Of a stretch of 64,000 bases of DNA, positions 22,234 through 31,017 are shown piece by piece (the first letter of the stretch is position 1; every line of letters begins with the position of its first letter). Source of the stretch: Minisyncoccota bacterium. GTDB taxonomy: Bacteria > Patescibacteriota > Minisyncoccia > Phycocordibacterales > UBA2100. The notes under the pieces are model-generated. The model saw nothing but the letters and a program-made list of their open reading frames with translations, ran no database searches and had not been told where the DNA came from. The stretch covers positions 132,088 to 196,087 of the forward strand of contig JARLIE010000040.1 of assembly GCA_031291875.1 (NCBI GenBank), written 5' to 3'. The translations under genes and the position numbers were made by a program.

Positions 22234-22338
22234 GTTGGTGCTTCATCGGAGGGGTCACACCCGTTCTCTTTCCGAACACGGCAGTTAAGCCCTCTTGAGG
22301 CGATGGTAGTCGAAAGGCGAGAGTAGCTAGGCGCCAAC
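22234..22338 (+). rRNA. rrf: 5S rRNA (short helix IV)
   Basis: CACACCCGTT..CCGAACACGGCAGTTAAGC..GATGGTAG..GAGAGTAG, terminal stem GTTGGTGC/GCGCCAAC extended by a long flanking inverted repeat. Confidence 0.93.
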
Positions 22339-22400
22339 ACAAACTATTCAAAGAATTCTCTCATTCCGTCATTTTATTCGGCAGGCAAACCTGCCGGCGG

Positions 22401-22456
22401 GGCAGTTAAGCCCTTCTGTGCTGATGGTAGTCGAAAGGCGAGAGTAGCTAGGCGCC
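22401..22456 (+). repeat. Diverged duplicate of the 3' half of 5S rRNA
   Basis: 51/56 nt identical to 22280-22335. Confidence 0.9.
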
Positions 22457-22465
22457 GGGAAAAAG

Positions 22466-22948
22466 CTATTCCTCTGACTCAAGATTTATCTCGAGAGGAA
22501 TTCTGTCTACCTCAGTGAAGCCTTCTTCGCCAGCTTCTTTTATTAGAACTACAATCGTGTACTCCCCGCTATCGTCAACGGGCAAAGGAGAGAACTTACT
22601 TCGTATGCGAATACTTTTAATACCCTTTTGAATCCCAAAATTATTCGGAGGCAACTCTGCGATAGTATTGCCCTTTGGATTTACAAATTCATATTTAATC
22701 TCGAAAGCTACCGGGTCATCTATTTTTTTTGAAAATCGAGATATTATCTCGAATTCGAACGGAAATGCGTAGCCGTTTGCATTCTCGAGTCTTTTTTGTT
22801 CAAGCATTTCTTTGGTAATTTGAACCGTGAATTTCTCGATCAGATTGTTCAGGCTTAGGTTGTTTGTATCCGCACTCAATACTGAAGAGCTGCAGAGTAC
22901 GGAAAAAAGATGCCTGAGGTTTTTTGTACCGATTTCTTTAAAATTCAT
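22466..22948 (-). CDS. Hypothetical beta-rich protein (DUF6941-like), third gene of the TA module
   Basis: FSVLCSSSVLSADTNNLSL N-terminus, 4-nt overlap with the antitoxin stop, low GC. Confidence 0.7.
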   Translation of the reverse strand: MNFKEIGTKNLRHLFSVLCSSSVLSADTNNLSLNNLIEKFTVQITKEMLEQKRLENANGYAFPFEFEIISRFSKKIDDPVAFEIKYEFVNPKGNTIAELPPNNFGIQKGIKSIRIRSKFSPLPVDDSGEYTIVVLIKEAGEEGFTEVDRIPLEINLESEE

Positions 22949-23382
22949 ACGCGAATGTAACTGTAACCCGTTATTGTTCCAAGCCTTTCCTTCGGGGACT
23001 CAGTATTTGCATCTGAAGATGCACTTTTGATCGACAGATCGTTTCGTTGAATAAAACTTGGAATCAATTTCTCGGAAACTTCCTGATCATTTATTGCTGT
23101 AAAGAAATTCGGATTTCCAAAACGCACTTCAAGATAGGTTTTAAAATGGTCAGCGATCTTCTTTAGTGTAGTTAAGTTCGGTAACTGAGCTCCGTTTTCC
23201 AATCGAGAAATCCCAGATTGTTTCGTGCCAATTGCTTCAGCGAGTTGCAGTTGTGTAAGATTCCTCTCAACTCTATTTCGTTCTATTTCACGACCTATCT
23301 GATAAGCAAGGTCTTGTTTAATCTCCAAATCAATGTTTGGGTTTTTTTCACGTATCTTAGTTTTGTAGGTCTTTAGGTCCAT
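22945..23382 (-). CDS. XRE/HigA-like HTH antitoxin with C-terminal extension
   Basis: LTQLQLAEAIGTKQSGISRLENG..PNLTTLKKIA. Start re-assigned to MDLKTY. Confidence 0.88.
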   Translation of the reverse strand: MDLKTYKTKIREKNPNIDLEIKQDLAYQIGREIERNRVERNLTQLQLAEAIGTKQSGISRLENGAQLPNLTTLKKIADHFKTYLEVRFGNPNFFTAINDQEVSEKLIPSFIQRNDLSIKSASSDANTESPKERLGTITGYSYIRV

Positions 23383-23743
23383 AGTTTTCAGGTATATTCT
23401 TAATTCTCTCTCGAGCAGATTTGATATGCGTTTTTGGAATATCACCGATTTTCTTTTTCACGAACCCATGTACAAGAATAATTTTGTTTCCGCGAAGACA
23501 TCCTATCAATCGGATTTTCTTTCCCTTATGTTCGATACGAAGATATAGGAGTCCATCTTGAGGGAAACGAATTTTCTCTTTTCGGAACAGTTCGTCTAAA
23601 TATCGTCCATCGAAGCCCTCTTCGAGCATTTCAGCAATTTCGAGCGCTGCAATTTCTCCGAGTGAGTCAAGGAATTCAGCTACATGACATCTTCCGCCGC
23701 CCGATTCATCTTCCCAGAACTCAATGCGGACGGTTTGTTCCAT
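23357..23743 (-). CDS. RelE/HigB-superfamily toxin (Gp49-like)
   Basis: LLYLRI..IRL..IILVHGFVKK..P..I..ARER pattern, upstream of the XRE gene. Confidence 0.82.
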   Translation of the reverse strand: MEQTVRIEFWEDESGGGRCHVAEFLDSLGEIAALEIAEMLEEGFDGRYLDELFRKEKIRFPQDGLLYLRIEHKGKKIRLIGCLRGNKIILVHGFVKKKIGDIPKTHIKSARERIKNIPENYGPKDLQN

Positions 23744-23770
23744 AATCTATTAAATTCGACCATATATATT

Positions 23771-23792
23771 GATATAACATTGATGTTATATC
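23771..23792. promoter_or_regulatory. Palindromic operator of the TA module
   Basis: Perfect 10-bp inverted repeat GATATAACAT-TG-ATGTTATATC about 30 nt upstream of the toxin start. Confidence 0.7.
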
Positions 23793-23857
23793 CAATTATT
23801 AAGACGGTCAAGTGTTTCCAGGCTTACAATGCTCAGTAAGTCGAGTACAATTAAAAA

Positions 23858-24640
23858 ATGACTTGGGCGACTCGTCGACGCATTGCGTACCTCACCGGCG
23901 TTTTCATTTTTTTTGCGATCGTGGTGGGCGGACCACTCGCGTACCATTTTTTGACGATTCCACCGACGTGCCACGACGGCATCCAAAACCAGGGAGAAAC
24001 AGCGATCGATGAGGGCGGTCCCTGCCTGCTTTTGAATCCAGCCGACCTGCAGCCGCAAGGTATTTTGTGGGCGCGAACGTTCCTTGTACGGCAAGGGGTC
24101 GCGGATGCGGTTGCGTACATCGACAACCCGAATCAGAATGCCGCCGTCATGCAAGTTCCGTACGAATTCACCTTGTACGACAGCAAAAACGCGCTCGTCG
24201 CCGACCTCACCGGACAGACCTTCATCATGCCTGGCGGCGTCACACCCGTCTTCGCCGGAAACATCAACGTCGGCAACCGGGTGCCGACATACGCGCAGCT
24301 CAAATTTGGCGCAGCGCTTGTATGGGAGCGAGCGATCGGATTTTCCCAAGGCATCAAAATTTCCAACCTTCAGACGACACAAAGCGCGAATTCTTCGCAA
24401 GTAACAGCGACAGTCACCGACGCATCGGTTTCGGATATTTCAAATATTATTTTCGTTGCGACGGTCTTCGATCCGGGCGGCAACGCGATCGCGACGTCGC
24501 AGACGGCGCTCCAGAAGCTCGCCGCGGGCGCGAGCGACCAGGTCTACTTCACCTGGCCCTCCGCCTTCTCGGCGACCGTTGGCAGTATCGATATTATCCC
24601 GCTTGTTCAACCTGAGCCCGATCCGAGCGCTCAGCAGTAA
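23858..24640 (+). CDS. Membrane-anchored hypothetical protein with Cys motif and Ig-like domains
   Basis: TM helix, PTCHDGIQNQGETAIDEGGPC, FTLYD motif, apparent operon with rodA. Confidence 0.8.
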   Translation: MTWATRRRIAYLTGVFIFFAIVVGGPLAYHFLTIPPTCHDGIQNQGETAIDEGGPCLLLNPADLQPQGILWARTFLVRQGVADAVAYIDNPNQNAAVMQVPYEFTLYDSKNALVADLTGQTFIMPGGVTPVFAGNINVGNRVPTYAQLKFGAALVWERAIGFSQGIKISNLQTTQSANSSQVTATVTDASVSDISNIIFVATVFDPGGNAIATSQTALQKLAAGASDQVYFTWPSAFSATVGSIDIIPLVQPEPDPSAQQ

Positions 24641-24649
24641 TTTTTCGGT

Positions 24650-25795
24650 ATGCTGCACGGTAAACGTAAGAGCGCATTTCGCACGTTTTCGCATATCGAT
24701 TTTTATTTGTTCGCCGCCGCACTTTCGATTTCCTTGCTCGGGCTTTTCACCATGCGCAGCTTCTCCGTGCAGAACGATTTCTTCGACCGCCAAATCGTCT
24801 GGATTTGTATCGCGGTGCTCGTGTTCTTTGTATCCAGCCTCCTCGACTATTCCTTCTTGCGGCGCACGCAGATCCTGACCGGTTTGTACGTCGCAATTCT
24901 CGCGCTCCTGTCGCTTATCTTCGTATTCGGCTCCGTCGTAAAAGGTGGCCAAAACCGTTTCAACCTGGGACTCTTTTTCGTGCAGCCTGCAGACCCGGCA
25001 AAGCTCGTGCTCGCGGCGGTCTTGGCAAAGTATTTTGCGCGGCGCCACGTCGAGATCGCACACGTCCGGCATATCGTCGTTTCGGGCGTCTACGCATTCG
25101 GGCTCTTTGTTTTGGTTTTCTTGCAGCCAGATCTTGGCAGTGCCATCATTATCGCTTCGATATGGCTCGGCATGGTGCTTGTCGCCGGCATCTCCTGGAG
25201 GCACCTCGCGACACTTTTTATTACGGCGGCCGTGATTCTCACGGGACTCTGGCATTTCGGACTGCACCAGTATCAAAAGGACCGCATCCTCACCTTTATC
25301 CACCCGCTTACGAATATTCAAACGACCGGGTACAACGCATACCAGTCGACGGTTGCAGTCGGCTCCGGCCAAATCTTCGGGAAGGGGATCGGCTACGGCA
25401 CGCAGTCGAAATTGCAATTCCTTCCGGAATACCAGACCGACTTCATTTTCGCCGCCTACTCGGAGGAGTGGGGATTCGTCGGCGTCTTGCTACTGATCGG
25501 TCTTTTCACGATCGTCATCCTGCGTATTCTCGCAATCTCCGCTCGCGGCGCGGATAATTTCGATATGCTGTTTGCGGCGGGTATCGCGATCTATTTCACC
25601 TCACAGTTTCTTGTGCACGCTGGCATGGACATGGGACTGCTACCGATCACTGGCACCACATTGCCCTTTATGAGCTATGGTGGCTCGCACCTCTTGACCG
25701 AGTATTTCGCGCTTGGCGTTTTGATGAGCATGCGTAAGCATGCACGCCCGACGCTCCAAGCGCGCGACGAAACGGAAATTGTCGGCGCGCTGTAA
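24650..25795 (+). CDS. rodA: SEDS family protein RodA
   Basis: LQPDLGSA, GYNAYQS..GSGQIFGKG, FLPEYQTDFIF, PITGTTLPFMSYGGS. Confidence 0.92.
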   Translation: MLHGKRKSAFRTFSHIDFYLFAAALSISLLGLFTMRSFSVQNDFFDRQIVWICIAVLVFFVSSLLDYSFLRRTQILTGLYVAILALLSLIFVFGSVVKGGQNRFNLGLFFVQPADPAKLVLAAVLAKYFARRHVEIAHVRHIVVSGVYAFGLFVLVFLQPDLGSAIIIASIWLGMVLVAGISWRHLATLFITAAVILTGLWHFGLHQYQKDRILTFIHPLTNIQTTGYNAYQSTVAVGSGQIFGKGIGYGTQSKLQFLPEYQTDFIFAAYSEEWGFVGVLLLIGLFTIVILRILAISARGADNFDMLFAAGIAIYFTSQFLVHAGMDMGLLPITGTTLPFMSYGGSHLLTEYFALGVLMSMRKHARPTLQARDETEIVGAL

Positions 25796-25804
25796 GTGCG
25801 CCTA

Positions 25805-26797
25805 CTACTTGAGGTACAGCAAGGTGGTCCGCTTGAGCATGTTCTCGAGTGAGAACTCGCTGAGGTCTTTGGCGTCCAGAATTTCGCCAACGCCGCCGAC
25901 ACGATTCGCTTCGATCGGGATCCCTGCTGCTCGCGCTTCGATCACTACGTAGGGAAGTCCCTCCTTGATGGAGGGCAGCGCGAATACATCGAATCCTCGA
26001 ATCACTTCTTCAATTCGGATAAACCCGAAGAATTTGACCCGCGTTTCTAAGCCGTATTCGTGAACCATTTGCTCCAGCCGCGTCCGCTCTTCTCCCTCGC
26101 CGACGATCGCAAGGTACTTGTTTGGGTCGTTTTTCGCGGCTTCGATGAGCGAACCGATGTTTTTGTTTTTCGTGAGCTCGGCGACGGTACCCGTGATACG
26201 AATGCCGGGCGGAAAAGCCGAGCGGATAAGGTCCCCGTTGCCGTACGACTTGTGGAGGTCGATACCGTTATAAATTCGGACTGCTTTTTTTCCGATCAAG
26301 GGCATGCGGCGCGCGGCTGCCAGATCGGCATCCGAAACGCAAATGACATCCGTTGCAAGGAGTGCGGTAAGCCAAGAGGCGCACCAAATCGCTACGCGAC
26401 TCAAAAACCCGCGATCTTCGCGAAACGGCCAGCCGTGCGCGGTGAAAACGATCCTTCGCACTCCCGCGAGGCGTCCGGCAAGCGCGCCGAGCGCGCCGGC
26501 TTTGGAGCTGTTGAGGTGGACGATCTCTGGCCGCTCGTTTCGAAGGAAAGCGAGGATTTCGAAGAAACTTTTTACGTCCGACCTAAAAGAGACATCTCTT
26601 GCGAGTGAAGGAAGTCGGAATGTTTTGATTCCGACAATCGCGAGGTCCTCAGAAAGTTTTCCTTCCGAGCCGTAGGCGACGACCGGGTCGAACTGGTCGC
26701 GGGGGAGGTTGGTGACGATGTCGAAAACGTACTGTTGCGCGCCGCCCCAAAATCCCTTGGTGATCAAAAAGAGAATCTTACGGCGAGCTTGATTCAT
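25805..26797 (-). CDS. Glycosyltransferase family 4
   Basis: GGAQQYV, HLNSSKAG, FALPSIKEGLPYVVIEA. Start re-assigned to MNQARRK. Confidence 0.9.
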   Translation of the reverse strand: MNQARRKILFLITKGFWGGAQQYVFDIVTNLPRDQFDPVVAYGSEGKLSEDLAIVGIKTFRLPSLARDVSFRSDVKSFFEILAFLRNERPEIVHLNSSKAGALGALAGRLAGVRRIVFTAHGWPFREDRGFLSRVAIWCASWLTALLATDVICVSDADLAAARRMPLIGKKAVRIYNGIDLHKSYGNGDLIRSAFPPGIRITGTVAELTKNKNIGSLIEAAKNDPNKYLAIVGEGEERTRLEQMVHEYGLETRVKFFGFIRIEEVIRGFDVFALPSIKEGLPYVVIEARAAGIPIEANRVGGVGEILDAKDLSEFSLENMLKRTTLLYLK

Positions 26798-26828
26798 ACC
26801 TAAGTTAATGTCATAAATGATACACGTT

Positions 26829-28181
26829 ATGACTCTAATGCCCAAGCGCGAGTATCTAGCGCTTTTGATCGGCGATATCTTGGTGTTTATCGCCGCGCTT
26901 TGGCTCACTCTCGCGCTTCGCTACCTGCAGCCGCCGTCTCCGGAGCTCTTCCGGCTCCACTTTGTTCCATTTTCCATTCTGTTCATCGTGTGGATTTTCG
27001 TGTTCTTTCTTGCGGGATTGTACTCACGTCATACGCCACTTTTTCGTAGCAGACTCTTTTCGACGATCATGTACGCACAGATCATCAATATCTTGATCGC
27101 CGCGCTGTTTTTCTTCTTAACGCCTGTATTCGGAATCGCACCGAAAACAAATCTTTTGCTCTATCTTGTCGTTTCGTTCGTACTCATTTTTCTCTGGCGC
27201 GTTTCACTCTATCCGCGGGTTCGCGCGGGTAGGAAGATTCGCGGCGTTTTGATCGCTTCCGGTCCAGACGCCAAACGTCTTGCAGACGAAGTGAAGGGCG
27301 GGAGGTACGAATTCATCTTTGATCACGTGATCGATACGAAGGAGGCGCCCTCGCACGAGGTCATCCAGCGCGCATGCCGTCTCGCCGTCGATGCCGGCGT
27401 ATCGTTCATTGTCGTTGATCTTTCGGATCGTGCGGTCTCTTCAGCGCTGCCGATTATCTACGATGCCGCCTTTCACAAAGAACGCTTCGCACTACTGAAC
27501 GCGGTCGACCTCTACCAAGAGGTGTTCGAACGAGAACCGCTTTCGCTCATTAACTACGAATGGGTGTTGAGTAATATCGGTACGTCGCGTCTCTATGATG
27601 TTCTGAAACGCGCACTCGATTTCGTTGTTGCGGCGCTGCTTGGAATCGTTTCGCTCGTGTTCTATCCGTTCGTCATTGCGGCCATCAAACTCGACGACGG
27701 CGGTTCTATTTTCATCACGCAATCCCGTGTCGGGCGGTATCAGGAGCCGATCAAAATCGTGAAGTTTAGGAGTATGAGCGGGAACGACGAAGGTCGCTAC
27801 GGCAAAAGCGGTAAAAGTACACTCAAGGTGACCCGGGTCGGAAAATGGATCCGCCTGCTTCGCATCGACGAGCTGCCGCAGCTTTGGAACGTGCTTCGGG
27901 GTGATCTCTCGCTCGTAGGGCCGCGACCGGAGTTGCCGGCGATTGCGAGCGTCTATAGCGCCAAAATTCCGTACTACAATGCACGCTACCTCGTTGCTCC
28001 TGGTCTTACGGGCTGGGCGCAGCTCAAGCACGATCGCGATCCGCACCACGGGCATGATATTTCGGAGACCAAAGAAAAGCTTTCGTTCGATCTCTACTAC
28101 CTCAAACATCGGTCGTTTCTGTTGGATCTTTACATAATCTTCCAGACCGTTCGGATTGTGCTCTCCGCGCGCGGGTCATAA
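26829..28181 (+). CDS. Polyprenyl-phosphate glycosylphosphotransferase (WcaJ/CpsE-like)
   Basis: Four N-terminal TM helices, KFRSM, RIDELPQLWNVLRGDLSLVGPRPE, PGLTGWAQ. Start uncertain. Confidence 0.92.
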   Translation: MTLMPKREYLALLIGDILVFIAALWLTLALRYLQPPSPELFRLHFVPFSILFIVWIFVFFLAGLYSRHTPLFRSRLFSTIMYAQIINILIAALFFFLTPVFGIAPKTNLLLYLVVSFVLIFLWRVSLYPRVRAGRKIRGVLIASGPDAKRLADEVKGGRYEFIFDHVIDTKEAPSHEVIQRACRLAVDAGVSFIVVDLSDRAVSSALPIIYDAAFHKERFALLNAVDLYQEVFEREPLSLINYEWVLSNIGTSRLYDVLKRALDFVVAALLGIVSLVFYPFVIAAIKLDDGGSIFITQSRVGRYQEPIKIVKFRSMSGNDEGRYGKSGKSTLKVTRVGKWIRLLRIDELPQLWNVLRGDLSLVGPRPELPAIASVYSAKIPYYNARYLVAPGLTGWAQLKHDRDPHHGHDISETKEKLSFDLYYLKHRSFLLDLYIIFQTVRIVLSARGS

Positions 28182-28237
28182 CTCGGCGGCTATTTCGGAC
28201 GCTAGAACTGCACCGGCGGTTCATGTACAATAGATTG

Positions 28238-29155
28238 ATGGAAAAAGTAGTGGTGACCGGCGGAGCCGGTTTTATCGGTTCTAACCTCGTCGACGCGTTG
28301 CTCGAAAAAGGACACGAAGTGCACGTGGTCGACAATTATGCCGGCGGCAAGCGTGAAGACCGTTTGAATCCCAAAGCCACGTATCACGAACTCGACGTCC
28401 GCTCGACCGACGCCACCAAACCCGTGTTCGACGGCGCGAGTGTTGTTTTTCACACAGCCGCGATTCCTCGCGTGCAATATTCTGTTGATTATCCCGTTGA
28501 AACGACCGACCAAAATATAACCGGCACGGTTTCTGTCCTCGCGGCGGCGGTTCAGGCGAAGGTTCGCCGCGTCGTCTATTCGGCTTCGGGCTCGGCCTAT
28601 GGCGAGCAAACACAGTTGCCACTCGTCGAAACCATGATCGCGAACCCGGTCAATCCGTACGGATTGCAAAAACACGTTGGCGAGTTGTTCTGCAAGGTTT
28701 GGTCTGGAATCTACGGCCTCGAAACGGTCTCGCTACGCTATTTTAATGTCTATGGTCCCAAGCTCGATCCGACCGGTGCGTACGCGCTCGCGGTAGGCGC
28801 TTTCTTGTTGGCAAAAAAGGAAGGTCGTCCGCTCACGATATTCGGCGACGGCACGATCACCCGCGACTACACCAATGTGCGCGATGTGGTGAACGCCAAC
28901 ATGCTTGCCGCAAACGCCGCGACAGTCGGCAAAGGCGAAGTCATTAATATTGGCGCAGGCCGCAACGTCACTATTCAGTATCTCGCGGAGCTCATCAACG
29001 GCGGCAAAGAGGGAATCGTCTACGGGCCGCCTCGCGTTGAGGCCCACGATTCACAAGCCGACAACCGCAAAGCAAAAGAATTGCTCGGCTGGATCCCGAC
29101 CGTCTCCTTGGAAGAAGGGGTCGCCGAACTTAAAAAGCAATTCGGGCTTGCATGA
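28238..29155 (+). CDS. NAD-dependent epimerase/dehydratase
   Basis: VTGGAGFIGS, YGLQK (YxxxK), RYFNVYGP. Confidence 0.93.
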   Translation: MEKVVVTGGAGFIGSNLVDALLEKGHEVHVVDNYAGGKREDRLNPKATYHELDVRSTDATKPVFDGASVVFHTAAIPRVQYSVDYPVETTDQNITGTVSVLAAAVQAKVRRVVYSASGSAYGEQTQLPLVETMIANPVNPYGLQKHVGELFCKVWSGIYGLETVSLRYFNVYGPKLDPTGAYALAVGAFLLAKKEGRPLTIFGDGTITRDYTNVRDVVNANMLAANAATVGKGEVINIGAGRNVTIQYLAELINGGKEGIVYGPPRVEAHDSQADNRKAKELLGWIPTVSLEEGVAELKKQFGLA

Positions 29156-29952
29156 GGATAGACGGCAAAGAGCTCGCGGGGCGCGTGTATGCGCAGCTGC
29201 TTGAACGGCGCAAAACAGTTGCTCGCGCGCCTCGGCTGGGAATCATCGTCGGTGGAAACGATCCGGTGATCGAATCGTTCGTGCGAATCAAATCTCGTGC
29301 TGCGAACCGGCTCGACGTCGAGCTGGTACGTGTCGATCTTGGCGAGCATGAAACGACTGATCGCGCGATCGCCGCTATCCGCACGCTCGCGATTGAAGTC
29401 GACGGGATCATCGTGCAGCTCCCGCTTCCGGGAACACTCGATGTAAACGCCGTCCTGTCCGTCATTCCCGATGATAAAGATATTGATTCGATTTCGACCG
29501 CGACACCGGAGCATGCCGTCGACGCGCCGGTTGCTGGGGCCATCGCCGAAATACTGCACCAGACGGGCGTTGACCCAAAGGGGAAGCAGGCGGTCGTCGT
29601 GGGCGCCGGCCGTCTCGTGGGAAATCCCGCAGTGCATTTGCTTGAACGATTGGGGGCAAACGTCTCTTCCATTACGCTCGAGCAAGGCTCTCTTGATGAT
29701 TTAAAAATGGCGGACATTGTCGTGTGTGGCGCCGGCAATCCGGGCTTTATCAAGCCAGAACATTTGAAACCCGGAGTGGTTTTGCTGGATGCCGGTACTT
29801 CGGAACAAAGCGGCAAGGTGGTGGGGGATTGCGATCCTTCCTGCGAAGCGATTGCGTCGGTTTTTACCCCTGTGCCGGGCGGCATAGGTCCCGTCGCTAT
29901 CGCGATGATTTTCAAAAATTTGCTCGACCTCATCGAGGCAAAAAAGAAGTGA
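29152..29952 (+). CDS. folD: Methylenetetrahydrofolate dehydrogenase/cyclohydrolase
   Basis: IDGKELA, DGIIVQLPLP, TPVPGGIGP. Confidence 0.92.
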   Translation: MRIDGKELAGRVYAQLLERRKTVARAPRLGIIVGGNDPVIESFVRIKSRAANRLDVELVRVDLGEHETTDRAIAAIRTLAIEVDGIIVQLPLPGTLDVNAVLSVIPDDKDIDSISTATPEHAVDAPVAGAIAEILHQTGVDPKGKQAVVVGAGRLVGNPAVHLLERLGANVSSITLEQGSLDDLKMADIVVCGAGNPGFIKPEHLKPGVVLLDAGTSEQSGKVVGDCDPSCEAIASVFTPVPGGIGPVAIAMIFKNLLDLIEAKKK

Positions 29953-29979
29953 CCCGACTTTTGGTCGGGCCACGTTGGC

Positions 29980-30849
29980 TCAGAGACTAAGCGTTTTGGC
30001 GAACGCTTGGATCTCGTCATGATGACTCAAGAGCCATGCCACGTCGCCACCGTCCGCGACAGGATGGACGAATGAAACGATGGTGTAGCGATCTTCACCG
30101 GTCGTTCGCTCGTTGCGCACTCCATGGGGCGTTCCAAATCCGAAATCGCCCCTGCCGATAGCAGCATATTTTCTGCCCGGAAAGACGAGAACAGATTCGA
30201 AACCGACGTCCCGTACCCGCGTGCGATTGTAGTCGTTGTCGAATAGCACCAGGCCCGGGTGGGTTGCGCCCCAGTGAATCGAGAACAGCGAACGATCGAA
30301 GTGCGGATGAGCGTCGTTTGCGCTGTTCCATGGGTAGCGCAGCACGCGAGTGATACAGCGGCCTTCGCGAATACGTTTCGCCATTGAGCCGGGATACCGA
30401 TGCGCCGGCTCCGTCGCAAGCCTTCGCGCGTCGAAACGTGCCGCAAGTGGAAGCGAGATCTCCCGCGCTTTTGAGTCGAGGTCGTGCAGGGCCGACATGA
30501 ACGCACCAACATCGCTTTGCTCGTACCGCTGCGCGCAGTACGCCTCCGGCGTGTACTGGAATGTCCACTTGCGTTCCGTGTCGTTTCGAAACGTGAGGCC
30601 GACTTCTTGCGCGTAGTGCGTTCCGTACGCGTCGCAATCGTGAATATGCCAGTTGAACAGCGTTTGGAGCGCGGGATCGTTCGTGATCCTGCGCATACCG
30701 GTACGAACGACATTGAAACGCGACTTCAAGAAGTCCTTTTCGATCGGTGCTTCGGTATAGCCGTTGCGCATGATCGCGAGCTCTGCGTTCATCGCCTGGA
30801 AATGCCTCGAGAAGTCGATTCTGCGTTTGGGAAACGTCGCTAGGTCCAT
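29980..30849 (-). CDS. 2OG-Fe(II) oxygenase-like protein (IPNS-type fold, SD-led cassette)
   Basis: HFD..PHGV..RYTIVSF (HxD..H..R motif), GAGGA 6 nt before ATG 30849, hairpin plus T-tract at 29941-29973. Confidence 0.8.
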   Translation of the reverse strand: MDLATFPKRRIDFSRHFQAMNAELAIMRNGYTEAPIEKDFLKSRFNVVRTGMRRITNDPALQTLFNWHIHDCDAYGTHYAQEVGLTFRNDTERKWTFQYTPEAYCAQRYEQSDVGAFMSALHDLDSKAREISLPLAARFDARRLATEPAHRYPGSMAKRIREGRCITRVLRYPWNSANDAHPHFDRSLFSIHWGATHPGLVLFDNDYNRTRVRDVGFESVLVFPGRKYAAIGRGDFGFGTPHGVRNERTTGEDRYTIVSFVHPVADGGDVAWLLSHHDEIQAFAKTLSL

Positions 30850-31017
30850 GACCATTCCTCTCTGGTGGGATGTGAAAGTTCTGAAGAAACCCTCTGGGAA
30901 AAGCCTAGCACGCTCTAAAAGAGGCGCCAGTTTTGCTGTGGCGGCCGTACGCTGCACGGGAATCTGGGGTTTGGTCGCTCTATTGCGTCATTTTTCACGC
31001 CAAGTATACTGCTGCCC

